DNA of 64,000 bases, taken from Octopus sinensis. Taxonomy: Eukaryota. Of the stretch, positions 25,630-39,351 are shown one piece after another. A model generated the notes under the pieces. The model was not told the origin of the DNA. It searched no databases and saw only the letters and a list, made by a program, of their open reading frames with translations. The DNA lies in assembly GCF_006345805.1 (NCBI RefSeq), contig NW_021831836.1, positions 565 through 64,564 on the forward strand, in the 5' to 3' direction. The first letter of the stretch is position 1; the number at the start of each line of letters is the position of its first letter. The translations under genes and the position numbers were made by a program.

Positions 25630-25986
25630 TACACATACACACATATACACACACATACGCATACACACACATATACATATATATACACTACACGCACATA
25701 CACATGTACATGCGTACCCATACACACACACACACACGCGCGCATCCATATATACACATAAGTACACACATGCGTAAAAGTATACATATATCTATGCTTA
25801 CACATACACACACACACACACGCGCCTCCTTATATTCATACTTACATGCATACTCAAAAAATAAGTAAATAGTAAAATATATATACGCGCAGTTATTCGT
25901 ACATGCGTACTCAAAATAAATAATAAATATTAAGTATATGTACGTGCAGTTACCTATTATATAGACGGATACATACATATAAACTT

Positions 25987-26033
<47 letters not shown>

Positions 26034-26789
26034 CATACATATATACACATACACATACACATACATATATACATACACATATATATACACACACACACAT
26101 ACACATACATATATACATATATATACATACTTACACACATGTACATATAAATACACACATAGATAACTCTACGTACCTACATATGCATAAACACACGAGC
26201 GTACGCGCATATTTACATATACACATACACATACACACGCATATATATACATACATACATACACATACACACATGTATACACACACACACATATATATAT
26301 ATATATTTATATATACATATACATACATATACACATATATATATATATATACATATATATACACATATACATATATATATACACATATATACACATACAC
26401 ACATATACACATATATATACACACACACACACACATACATACACACATACATACACATATACATACATATACACACACGTATACACATATACATATACAT
26501 ATACACATACACACACATATATATAAATGTGTGCAAACATACATACATTCTCATACAAGCAGACAGACACACTTACATTTACATATATACACACACTTAC
26601 ACACATATATACATACACATATACATACATACATACATACATACATACGTATATGCATACATACACACACACACATATATATATATATATACATACATAC
26701 ATACATATACACATACCCATACATATATATACACACATATACATATACACATGCACATACTTATATCTCTACATACTCGCATATACATA

Positions 26790-26823
<34 letters not shown>

Positions 26824-27121
26824 ATATATATATATAATATATAATATAATATATTACATATACACACACATACATATACCTATATACATGTATATATACA
26901 CACATACACATATATACACATCTACAATTTGTATCTACACTCACATACCTGCACATACACATAACTCTACATACCTACATATACATCGACATACTCGCGT
27001 ACACTCATATATATACACATATATACATATACACACACACATACATATACATATACATATACATACATATACATAAACATACACATACATAATACACATA
27101 TACACACACATACATATATGC

Positions 27122-27160
<39 letters not shown>

Positions 27161-27199
27161 TATACACACACATACATATATGCATATATATATATATAT

Positions 27200-27237
<38 letters not shown>

Positions 27238-27725
27238 TATATATATATACATATATATATACATACATACATACATACACATATACATACATGTACATAT
27301 ACACATACACCCACATATATATACACACACATACATATATCAACAATTGAGGGTAAAGTTAATTAGTTATTAATCAATTTCACCAAGTATTCAGTATGTA
27401 AAAGGACCATTATTTTTATGAGTAAACAATGTCTGAGGGAAAATATTCTCTAAGTAGTGGAAGAGGCTAAAAAACTTTTTTGGCTGCTATCTCTAGAAAG
27501 TTCAGTATGCGGCAAAGCAATCCACTTCACTAAGCCCTAATTATATAATATTTTATACATACATACACATACATACACACATACATATACACATACATAT
27601 GCATACACACATGATACACATATACAAGCGTGCACATACAATATGTGAGAGGTCTTAGGAGAAAAGGTAATCGGGGGTGCTAGGGGAACGGTGGGTTTGG
27701 GGGGGTTTTTGTGGGTGGGGTGTCA

Positions 27726-29702
27726 TCAATCTGGTTGCCGGGTAGGTCTATAGTTCTTGTAGTTCGCATACTTCTTATGCATACAATTTGGGGAGTGTTC
27801 TGAGATTTTGTTAAGGAGAGGGCCTTTGGCGAACAAGATCTCTAGGCTCTCCGATATGCAGAGGTCACAGCAGGTATGGCCTCCTGTGTACGAGCGCGCC
27901 TTCTGTAGTAGTTTCCACTTGGTCTTGAAGGGGATGGAGTTCCTTTTAAGGTAACAGATGTGGGCGGCGAGGGTAGTTTGGTTGGATTTATCCTGTCGCC
28001 GGAACGAGTGTGTGTGTGCGTACCAACGGGTCTTAAAGCTGTTTGACGTCATTCCTATGTAGGATTTTCTTTTATCGTCAGGGCCTGATCTTACCTCGCA
28101 TGTATATACTAGGTCCCTCTGTAGGCAGTTGTTGTTGAGGGGGCAGGTGGTTTTATCAGGGCAGTTGCAATTGCTATTGGACGTTGGATGGGCCTCGGAA
28201 AAAGTAGATATGTTAAGTTTTTTCACATTGTTGTTGGCTAGGTTCCTGGCTAGATTGGGCGTTGTAGAGTAGGAGAGTCTATAGTGTTCTTATTTAGGAT
28301 AGTGTAGTACTTATGTTGGGTGGGGAAGTTTTTCTGTAGGAGAGTGAAGAAGATTTTTGCTACAGTGTAGCGACCTCATGTTTGAAGGGGGGGTTGTACC
28401 AGCTAATGTGTCTTCGTCTATTTTTCCTGGGTTGGCGTGGGGCTATACTAGTATAGGTAATCTTATCTTTGAAGCCACTGCGGGCCAGGGCCTCGTTGTA
28501 ATAGGGGGCTGCGCGGCCTTAAAGATATCTTCCGTGGCGGACAGGCTAGAAATTCTAATTGAGACACTTTTTACTAGGTTATCTAATATATTTTTGGGGT
28601 GGTTGGAATTAATATCTTATATTTAAGGGATTCATTCGTTTGTGGTACGGGTAATAAAGTGAGGTTTTTAAGTCGAGGGTGACATCAAGGAAGTTAGCTT
28701 TAGTTAAGTTGGATTCTAAGGTAGTCCTAAGGCCTAAGTTTTTAAAGAAGGTGTAAAGATTCTTCCGGAACCCATCCGTGGTCCTGGGGTTTATTTTGTG
28801 GAGGGCGAAAAGGCCGTCATCGCGGTAAAGACCACCGGAGAGGCCTGTGAATAGGGTTTTCAGCCTATGGAGGATGAAAAGGCCCACTAGGTCACTTATT
28901 TCAGCAGAGTCGTTAGCACCCATGCTGACGTCGAAGGGGGTCACAGATTTTTTGTTGATCCAGTGGGATCCGTCATAGAGAAGAAAAGTCTTACGTGCGT
29001 GGAGGATCACATCTTGCTCGGCCCTCGTGATGTGGAAGACCTCCTGGCGAAGTTAATCGCGTCGATCAGCAAGCTCTCCGATATGGAGGCGTAGTAATCC
29101 TCGATATCCAGTTGTAGGAATCGGGTGTTGCTTTTATCAGGTAAATCCCGGAACCAGGTTATTGCCTCGGAGGTCCTATTCCAGAGTGGAAGGGGTGAAG
29201 CTTCACGCATTTTTGGTAAAATCCTGTTCAGGATCTTCTTGCTGACGGATCCGATGTCAGACTTGGTTGGGTTAATCAAACGGACCGACGGTTTATTTTC
29301 GAAATGGTCTTTGTGGTCTTTCAGGGTGAAGTGTGGGGACTTCACCCTCAGGGGTTCAGTTCGGTCATCGATTTTAAGGGAGGTGGCAATCTCTTTCCCG
29401 GCTAAATTGGTTTCAGTTAGCGCTGCGTCGTCTACTTTCTTGTACTTAGCTGTGATGGCGTTATCGGCTAGTCTGTTGTAGGTATCCGGAGTCACCGCGT
29501 AAATATTTTTTGTCTTGTCTGAAGGGACATGGAGGTTCTGGGAGCTTTTCATTTTCGAAAGCTTCTCATTCAGTTCCGTTTGGAAAGGTAGGTTGACTCT
29601 CCTGAATTTGATGTTTTTTATCATGAGGAAGAGGTCTTCTTCAAACGGTTCAAGTAGGCTGTTGGTAGGAGGGGCCTTATTTGATTTGAAGCCGTACTTA
29701 TC
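27726..29702 (-). pseudogene. PLE RT + C-terminal GIY-YIG endonuclease, 5'-truncated, several frameshifts
   Basis: RT: LINPTKS, LDIEDYYASI, MGANDSAEISDLVGL, GLYRDDG, FLDVTLDL. EN: CNCPDKTTCPLNNNC, LVYTCEV, YIGMT, RWYAH, CCDLC. This motif set matches Naiad-clade PLEs as I know them. Confidence 0.88.
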
Positions 29703-30150
29703 CAATTGCAACTGCCCTGATAAAACCACCTGCCCCCTCAACAACAACTGCCTACAGAGGGACCTAGTATATACATGCGAGGTAAGATCAGGCCCTGACG
29801 ATAAAAGAAAATCCCACATAGGAATGACGTCAAACAGCTTTAAGACCCGTTGGTACGCACACACACACTCGTTCCGGCGACAGGATAAATCCAACCAAAC
29901 TACCCTCGCCGCCCACATCTGGTACCTTAAAAGGAACTCCATCCCCTTCAAGACCAAGTGGAAACTACTACAGAAGGCGCGCTCGTACACAGGAGGCCAT
30001 ACCTGCTGTGACCTCTGCATATCGGAGAACCTAGAGATCTTGTTCGCCAAAGGCCCTCTCCTTAACAAAATCTCAGAACACTCCCCAAATTGTATGCATA
30101 AGAAGTATGCGAACTACAAGAACTATAGACCTACCCGGCAACCAGATTGA
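29703..30150 (+). pseudogene. Inverted second copy of the GIY-YIG coding end
   Basis: Same peptide as 27726-28173 with 3 substitutions (Y/H, C/W, S/N). Confidence 0.9.
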
Positions 30151-30646
30151 TGACACCCCACCCACAAAAACCCCCCCAAACCCACCGTTCCCCTAGCACC
30201 CCCGATTACCTTTTCTCCTAAGACCTCTCACATATTGTATGTGCACGCTTGTATATGTGTATCATGTGTGTATGCATATGTATGTGTATCTGTATGTGTG
30301 TATGTATGTGTATGTATGTATAAAATATTATATAATTAGGGCTTAGTGAAATGGATTGCTTTGCCGAATACTGAACTTTCTAGAAATAGCAGCCAAAAAA
30401 GTTTTTTAGCCTCTTCCACTACTTAGAGAATATTTTCCCTCAGACATTGTTTACTCATAAAAATAATGGTCCTTTTACATACTGAATACTTGGTGAAATT
30501 GATTAATAACTAATTAACTTTACCCTCAATTGTTGATATATGTATGTGTGTGTATATATATGTGGGTGTATGTGTATATGTACATGTATGTATATGTGTA
30601 TGTATGTATGTATGTATGTATATATATATGTATATATATATATGTA

Positions 30647-30687
<41 letters not shown>

Positions 30688-30930
30688 GCATATATGTATG
30701 TGTGTGTATATGTGTATTATGTATGTGTATGTATATGTATATGTATGTGTGTGTGTATATGTATATATGTGTATATATATGAGTGTACGCGAGTATGTCG
30801 ATGTATATGTAGGTATGTAGAGTTATGTGTATGTGCAGGTATGTGAGTGTAGATACAATTGTAGATGTGTATATATGTGTATGTGTGTATATATACATGT
30901 ATATGGGTATATGTATGTGTGTGTATATGT

Positions 30931-30982
<52 letters not shown>

Positions 30983-31765
30983 AATATATATATATTATAT
31001 GTATATGCGAGTATGTAGAGATATAAGTATGTGCATGTGTATATGTATGTGTGTGTATATATATGTATGGGTATGTGTATATGTATGTATGTATGTATAT
31101 ATATATATATATGTGTATGTGTGTGTGTGTATGTATGCATATACGTATGTATGTATGTATGTATGTATATGTGTATGTATATATGTGTGTAAGTGTGTGT
31201 ATATATGTAAATGTAAGTGTGTCTGTCTGCTTGTATGAGAATGTATGTATGTTTGCACACATTTATATATATGTGTGTATGTGTATATGTATATGTATAT
31301 GTGTATACGTGTGTGTATATGTATGTATATGTGTATGTATGTGTGTATGTATGTGTGTGTGTGTGTGTGTATATATATGTGTATATGTGTGTATGTGTAT
31401 ATATGTGTATATATATATGTATATGTGTATATATATGTATATATATATATATATGTGTATTATATGTATTATATGTATATAAATATATATATATATATGT
31501 GGTGTGTGTATACATGTGTGTATGTGTATGTATGTATGTATATATATGCGTGTGTATGTGTATGTGTATATGTAAATATGCGCGTACGCTCGTGTGTTTA
31601 TGCATATGTAGGTACGTAGAGTTATCTATGTGTGTATTTATATGTACATGTGTGTAAGTATGTATATATATGTATATATGTATGGTGTATGTGTGTGTGT
31701 GTATATATATGTGTATGTATATATGTATGTGTATGTGTATATATGTATGTATATGTATATATATA

Positions 31766-34700
31766 CTAGCAGCATAGCCCGGCGTTGCCCGGGTATGTAA
31801 GAGCCCCTAGTAGGCAACGACTAATCCCAATGTAGTCCTTTCCCTCCAGGGAACGAAGGTGCATGTGGACGTTGCAATGTCTTGTCTTCACTGAATACTT
31901 CTGTATATACGATGTTCCTAGCTGTCCGTTTGGGCGAAAACATGAAAACATCATTGCGCCTCCCAACGCGTGAACAGCCCACGTAGAGTTGAACGTGGGC
32001 GAAGCACTGTTCGCCCAAATGTAACCCAGCGACTTGTAGCGTTTGGCCTTGGGGTTTATTGATGGACATTGCGAAGCAGAGTTTAACAGGAAACTGAGAA
32101 CGCCTGAAGTGGATGGTAGGTCAGCGCCCGACGGTTGAAGGTGCATCCGTGGAATGAAGACGTCCTCTCCCTTCCCACAACCGGTAAGTATGTGGGCCGT
32201 TATTAAATGTGGTGCCAAATGTTTCACAACCAAACGTGTGCCGTTGCACTGTTTAGGTGGAACCAAATTCCTGATGAGCATAATGGGCGCACCGACTTTT
32301 AACTTCAGGATGTGTGGTGGCAGGCCTGGCGGTTCAAGTGAATTCAGGAATTCAACAGGATAATCGGCAAGCTGGGCGGGGTCTGCTGTCCTATCTATAG
32401 ATTGTAGACGTGGACATCACCAGGAATAGCTTCAAGTAGCTGGATATTGATGGAGTTGACGGTTGTATTTTTGGGTGCGAGAATAGCTCTGCCTGCCAGC
32501 CATTTTAGGTCGCGTAAATTGTTTTGTAGGTCGTGAAGACAGCGTCCCGGAGGCTAGCAGGGGTGTCGACAATGGTGCAAAGTGAGTCCAATTGAACGTA
32601 GCCATCCGCATCAGACAGCATCCTATTTTCACCGAGCAATAAGAGGTCCCTGGAGAATGCAGCGGATCCGCTGTCACCAATTAACTGCGCGCGCATGTTA
32701 GTTTGGAGGTGCAAGGGCCGCACATGTGCCCAAAGAGCTGACGACTTAAGGCACGCGCGCACGGCATCGCCACGGGTTCCTTTTGGAATAACAGGTAGAG
32801 TCTGCCTGAAGTCTCCTGAAAGAAGTAAAGTTAATCCTCCCATGGGGGCCGTAGAGTCTTGCAGGGACCTGTCCAGTGCCTCAAGGGCGCCTTTGTGTGC
32901 CATAGTGCACTCGTCCCATACGATGAGTTTGCATCTGCGCAGAATGTCGGCCTGTTCTGAGTTCTTGGCGATGTTGCAGATAGGTGACTCGGACTTTGCC
33001 AGATCGAGCGGGAGTCTGAAGGCAGAGTGGGCGGTTCTGCCACCCGGAAGCAACGTGGCCGCGATACCAGAGGAAGCTACAGCCAGGGCAATGTCCGTGT
33101 TGCGTCTGACCTCTGCCAGAATTAGTTTAGTGACGAAGGTTTTGCCAGTGCCGCCGGGTGCATCAAGGAAGAAAATCCCCCCACGTTGCTGTCTGACAGA
33201 GTCTACGATGGTGTTGTAGGCTATGCGTGGTCTGGAAGCAGCCGTGGTTCATTATCTTGGACGTACTGGTGCAGTTCCTCAATGCAGGGAAGTTTCGCGT
33301 AACAATTCAGCAGACATAACATTGGCGTGTTCACGTGTGGGTGGTGGAAGCCGTACTCTGTTAAAGCAGACCCACCCATATCGATGACAGCGTCTTCGAG
33401 TTGAATGAGCGCAAAATTTGTAAATGAAGTTGGTGAACGTGATCTCGGCGGAAGGGCAGTGTTTGCTGAGCCGTACGTAAGAAGTCGTGCGACATGTCAT
33501 CCCTGTATTTCATCCAGAGACTTAGTGGATCACTAAGCTGACATTTTTGAAGAAGGATTGCGAAAAGATGTCGTAGGGCCGAATGCGTTTGCAGTAAAGC
33601 ACCCTGTGCCATCGTGGCGTCCCACTGGGAGTCATCCTCTAGAAGGCCAAGTCTCATACATGCTTCCCTGAAGGTGTCGCACAGAACCCCATTGACGGTA
33701 CGTATATTGGCGAAACCTGTTGGACCAGTGACCTCATGTAGAAGGAGACGGAGGTAGAAGCATTCTTGCTGGTTTGGCGGGATGTTGTAAACTCGACCCG
33801 GCAGGAGTCAAACTTGACGCCTGGGAAGCTTTCGACGTTTTTGCCGGATTTCCGTCGAACCAGGTGTTTTTAGACCACACGAAGTACGATGGGACCTGTG
33901 GGTACAAAAGCGTTCGAGCGAAGTCATCACGTTGGCATAATTTGGAAGAAACCAGTCAACGTTGTGTCTTTAGGGCTGGTGGCTATCTGCACAGCACTTT
34001 GCTCTGTGAAGTAAATCTGCTGTCCATTTTCCAAGTGTACAGCAAGCTGCACCACAGCCGGGTGTCTCCGATGGAGCGGGAAGCCGTAAATGCGCCAAAA
34101 CGCTTCGTTGCTGCTGAGGTACCGGCCAGCCAAGTAGTTGGACACTTCGTCGCGACTGGTGGTCCTCTGGATGCTGAACATGGCAGCATCGCTGCCTTTG
34201 TTGATATATTTGCAGACATATTGTATTGACCTGATGGAGCTGCAGAACTCAACGTTGACGTGGGCTTTGAATATCTTCGACAGGAGAGGACAGTAGGGGA
34301 CAATGTAGCTGTTGTCCACTTGATGTCGCCCAACCGTAATCGTGCGGCCTCCATTGGCTGGACTCCTTCGTTTGTACAGCGGATACCCATCGCCGCCTGT
34401 TTGGGTCTCCAAAGTGAACCGTTTAGGGAATCCCTTTGAGCAGGCTAATCCGTTTTTGTAGCATGGTGTGTTGGCGTAATTTGGTCCACAGGGCCCGTGT
34501 ACCATGGTAGTGCGGACAATTTCGTAGAGTCCGGGGTCCTCATCGGGGTCAGGAATCTCGGCGGAAATGAATTTGTCAATGTCATTAGTCTCGATTTTAT
34601 GAGTGAGCCAAATTAAGATGTGAGCATGTGGCAAGCCCCTCTTTTGCCACTCGACCGAAAACATGTGGCACCTGACATGCCCGAAAATCTGACTCTTAAC

Positions 34701-37700
34701 TATCAAATCCTTCATTTTGCCCAAATTCAGACGGAAAACCCTAGCAACGATGTCGTGTCGATGGGTGTGAGATTGACCCGGGAGGAGTTCGCGAGTGATT
34801 TCGTCGCAGCTGGGATTGCACGTGTAGGTGATAAAGAGGTCCGGCCGGCCGTAAATGCGCACGTAGGTCAAGGCGTCTTGGGTCCTTTCACGCATATATC
34901 GCGGTCCTCCCGTGAAGGTGGAGGGTAGAATGCATGGCTTGCCGATGTTGCGAGGGTCATTTTCTTGTTGCAAACCGTCACGGAGATGAATGTAGGAGTC
35001 GGAGCGAAGTTTGGTCTGATTAAGTTTAATGTATAGCAGCCTTTCCGATTCCATTTTTGCGGCCATATCGACGGCGAACTGGTTGAATAGCTGACGACAA
35101 CGAGGCAATAAGTTGAACTCACCCTCCCTGACCATGAACCGGTATGAGTAGAACGCCCTGCAGGAAACCGTCTTTGATGCCGCAGTAGTTTGATTGGAGG
35201 GCTGCCGTAAAGGAATTCCGAAGTGGTAGCCGTTCTCCCCATAAGGGAAAAGCAATGGATAGTGAAGCGCGTCATAAGATCTGTGAGTCTCGCTGATCCT
35301 GTGTAGGTTGTTACCACGGGAGGAGATGATTATGTCACGGCTGTTGTGTTGCTCTCCGTGTATAACTGCGGCAATTTCGTTGCACGCAGGTGCGTTGAAA
35401 CGGCGTTCGTGCTCCCCGTGGGGTCGTTTATCAGCATCAATGACAACGGTGAAGTTTGGAGATGGAGCACTGTCCAAGGCATATCTGAAGCTGCAGACGT
35501 AGCTGTTGATATCATGAAGCATGGTTTGGAGACGGAGAAGAATGTCTTGCGGGGAACATAGCTTGTACCCGGTATTATTCCAAGGCGTGCATCAACCTGG
35601 TGGTTGTAGTCGGCAATGAAGTATATTTGGAGGAAAGAAGACTGCTGAATCTCGTCTGGCAGAAGTGACCCAATAAGATGGTAGACCTGTCCCTGCACTT
35701 TGAAAGTAGGCATCCAGCCTTCTCTGGGAGGATTTTGGCCCAAAAGAGGTCATTTGGAATGAGCAGTTGTACTTTCGAATTATTTCAAGGAATTATGACG
35801 AATCGGGGGTTAAACCCGCCGCGAGATCCTTCAGTGGTTGAGGTGGTTCCCGTAGGGGTGGCAGGTCCACTTTGCCACCAGAGCAGCACAAACCAGGTGG
35901 CTCTCCGGGCCATTTCTTGGCTTTGCAAAACTGGCATACAATTGTCATTGACCCTATCTTGATGTCGTCACGCAAGGAAAGTTAATTGTGGCGTCGTAGT
36001 TGAATGCTAGTGACAACCAGAAAGCGGGGGCAGGGGTACGTACACCACGAATGATATCCCGACGTTTGTTGATACTCTCAAGTCGAGTGCACCGTGCCTC
36101 AGCAGATTCAGATGCACGTGCGACAGCGGTAGCAGTGGCATCCCTTGAAAGCCTTTCAGCTCTCGCCTCAGCACCCTCTGAAGCCCTAGCAGAAGCAGTG
36201 TTAATGGCATGTCTGGATGTCCGAATAGTCCGTTGGTGTGGAGTTTCGCAGATCGAGCCCTGGCTGTGTTTGCGGCGTTAGCAGCTTGGCGAGCTCTCCT
36301 CTGTTGAGGTGTTTCGGCAGCTTTGGCCATGGCTTTGTTTGCGGCGTCAGCATCTTGGAGTTCTCCTCTGCTGTGAGGTTTCGACAGATCGTGTCCTGGC
36401 AGTGCTAGTGGCGTTAGCCGCATTCCGAATGGCCCTTTGTTCGGGGTTCTCGCGAGCTCTGCGGATGGAAGCACAGTAAGAAGCCCGCATGTTTTGGCTG
36501 GACTGTTGCTCTTTCGTCAACCTCGAGCGGAGGGAAGATCTGTACGCTGCGACCCTTGCAAGTCGGTAGAACGGTCGCTAGTAGTTTCAGATGCCTGAGC
36601 AGCGGCATAACGGGAAGCTGTTTGCGAGAGGCGCAAGGCGGTTTCCTCGTGGGTCTCGCGTGCCCTTCTAGCCCTGGCAAGCCGATGCCTTGGCCGTCCG
36701 AGGGCTGAGGAGGGTCCTTCTCTTCTTGGGTGGCATTTTGGTGGATAGCAATGTGTTTGGCAAAGGTGTAATAAAAAGGAACACGTGGGGTAAGTATTTT
36801 GGTGGATAGCAATGTGTTTGGTAAGGTGTAATAAAAAGGAGCTCGTGGGGTAAGTATCCGAAAACGTATAAAAATGTACAAAAACGGCCAAAAAGCTGGC
36901 AGCAATGTGAGTGACAACAACGAAAAAGTCAAAAGTGATCAAACTGAACAAACGAAAGGAAAAGTTTTTGATGCACACGACAAAGTGGTTTATAATAAAC
37001 CAAGAGTTTGCAAGTAGCGTCCGAGGACCGTTAGGGTACGTCAAAAATTGAAGGTAAAACGTTTGGGGTGGTAGTTATAAAGAAAGTTTAAACCAAAAAG
37101 TATTCGAATAACTTGCGGCTGCAGCAGCTATTAGCAGAAGTGGCGGTGTTGGGGTAAAGTCTCGAATGTAATTTCTTCCTGGTAGGAATTGGTTGGATCG
37201 AATTATCGATAGCTAAAAAGGTCAAGTTGCGTCCCCTAGACAGTCTGGTTTGTGTTTAATACACAAATTTGTTTGCTATGTGTGCCACATATGATTAAAT
37301 TAACCGATTTTTTCCAATAATGTATCCTATTGGAATAAAAAGAGCTATATAGCTCCTTGGAGCAGACATGATGCTCGTTGTTAAAAAAAAGATTCCTGCC
37401 AATTTGTGAAAGATTTGTCGAAAATATGTCATCTTGAATTTGAACGCGATTTCCCAAAATGGCATGATTTTATCGATTGTTTCTGATGGTAAGGTATTGC
37501 ATGGAAAACTAACGTCAGAATTGAGTTTCTTAGGGTAACATTAAGCTTCACCATGAGTTGGTGAAAATCGATTGCAAGTTGTGAAAACTACCATAGATAA
37601 TGCGTTGCATAAAAAAGCTTAGATTCTCGAGTTGCGTCCCCTAGACAGTCTGTGGTTCATGTTTATGATTCTCGACCCCATGTCGAATTTATCAATTTTT

Positions 37701-37876
37701 TTCAGAACTGGGGGAACTTTTCAAAATTTTCGCTGCGTTAGTTTTGAATTATGACATTGGGCTATGTGTGTGTCAAGTTTCATCAGAATCGGTTGAAAGC
37801 CGTGGTCAGGGTGAGGGTACGAGAAAACAGACACACAGAAGCACGCACAACAAACTGCCGTTTATATATAGAGAGA
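31766..37876 (-). mobile_element. Near full-length Helitron (family 1), inserted in (TA)n within the right PLE arm
   Basis: 5' A|TCTCTCTATATATAAACGG; 3' hairpin CCCGG-GCAACG-CCGGG then CTAG|T; no TSD; flanks rejoin to match the left arm near 25990. Confidence 0.93.
31821..36736 (-). pseudogene. Helitron Rep/helicase (HUH Rep + PIF1-like helicase), frameshifted
   Basis: Probable start MPPKKRR at 36736; CQFCKAKKW..E....CC motif; FKVQGQVYHLIGSL; VEWQKRGLPHAH; YVCKYINKG; GGRTAHS; IVWDECTM; GDFRQTLPV; NGTRL. Confidence 0.9.
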
Positions 37877-38277
37877 TATATATATATATATATTGTGTGT
37901 GTAAGTTATATGTATGTATCCGTCTATATAATAGGTAACTGCACGTACATATACTTAATATTTATTATTTATTTTTTGAGTATGCATGTACGAATACTGC
38001 GCGTATATATATTTTACTATTTACTTATTTTTTGAGTATGCATGTAAGTATGAATATAAGGAGGCGCGTGTGTGTGTGTGTATGTGTAAGCATAGATATA
38101 TGTATACTTTTACGCATGTGTGTACTTATGTGTATATATGGATGCGCGCGTGTGTGTGTGTGTGTATGGGTACGCATGTACATGTGTATGTGCGTGTAGT
38201 GTATATATATGTATATGTGTGTGTATGCGTATGTGTGTGTATATGTGTGTATGTGTATATATGTGTATATATATATG

Positions 38278-38321
<44 letters not shown>

Positions 38322-39351
38322 ATCATGTATGTATCTGTATGCGGTGTATATGTATGTGTGTGTATTTATATTTATTGGTGTATATATATAGACTAGCCAT
38401 CTAAGAGTGTAGACATAAATCTGTAGGTACGCGTACGTATGTGTATATACGTGAATGTATGTAGATGGATGTGTATGAATATAACGCGTGCGTGCGTGTA
38501 TGTGTATGAGTGTACGAATGAGTGAGAGTATGTGCTAAATAGTGTGCGTGAGTGAATGAGTGCTTGTTTTCCAGTAGACAGATAAATGGACTGGCTGTCA
38601 TAGCCAAGATGTTTGTGACCAAGTGGCCAAAGATAACAAAAGTAATAAACGAAGATAATAAATTAAAATTAGGGAATGGGTCTGTATTTGTATGTGTAAT
38701 ATATGTGTGTATGTGTAGGTTTGCATAGGTACACATATGTAATATTACATGTATATATGTTATGTATGTGTGTGTATATGTGTGGTGTATGTGTATATAT
38801 GTGTATATAGGGACTAGTGTGCTGTGTTGCATGTGTGTGTGATATGTGTGTGTATGCGTGTATGTGAGTATGTGTGTGTATGTGTATATATATTTTTCTG
38901 TGCGTATATGTATGTGAGGTCGTGTGTGTATACGTGTATGCATGTGAGTGTGTGTATGTATACATATATGTGTATGTGTAGATATGTATATGTATGTGTA
39001 TGGGTAAGTGTATATATATGTATATATATGTGTGTGTATGTATGTGTGTATGTATATGTATATTTTTGTATGTGTGTGTATGTATGTATACATGTGTGCA
39101 TAGGTAAAGTGAGAATCTCCTTATTTACCTAAAACTCTATTCCCCCTTTTTTTATATATAGGTTCTTTTTATATATAGGTTTTTTTATTTTTTTATTTTT
39201 TTATTTATTCTTCTATCTAATTTAACACTGACTCCTTGACCACTCCCCCAAGTATGATATTTTGCGCTATGCCGACCCCCAAAAAAGTCCCCCACCAACA
39301 CCCCGTTAAACCTGCCTAAATGTATAAATGCCAATACAATTCTTGTTAACT

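Noticed and set aside
29007-30068. 353-aa ORF as a single real protein
   Set aside because: Its first ~120 residues are the antisense of the inverted GIY-YIG arm; the genuine RT sequence begins only at the junction near 29702.
27340-30530. SECIS element or selenocysteine read-through in the Naiad element (reported for some Naiads)
   Set aside because: Cys positions in the endonuclease are ordinary Cys codons. I found no in-frame UGA at a conserved site and no convincing AUGA/AA/GA stem.
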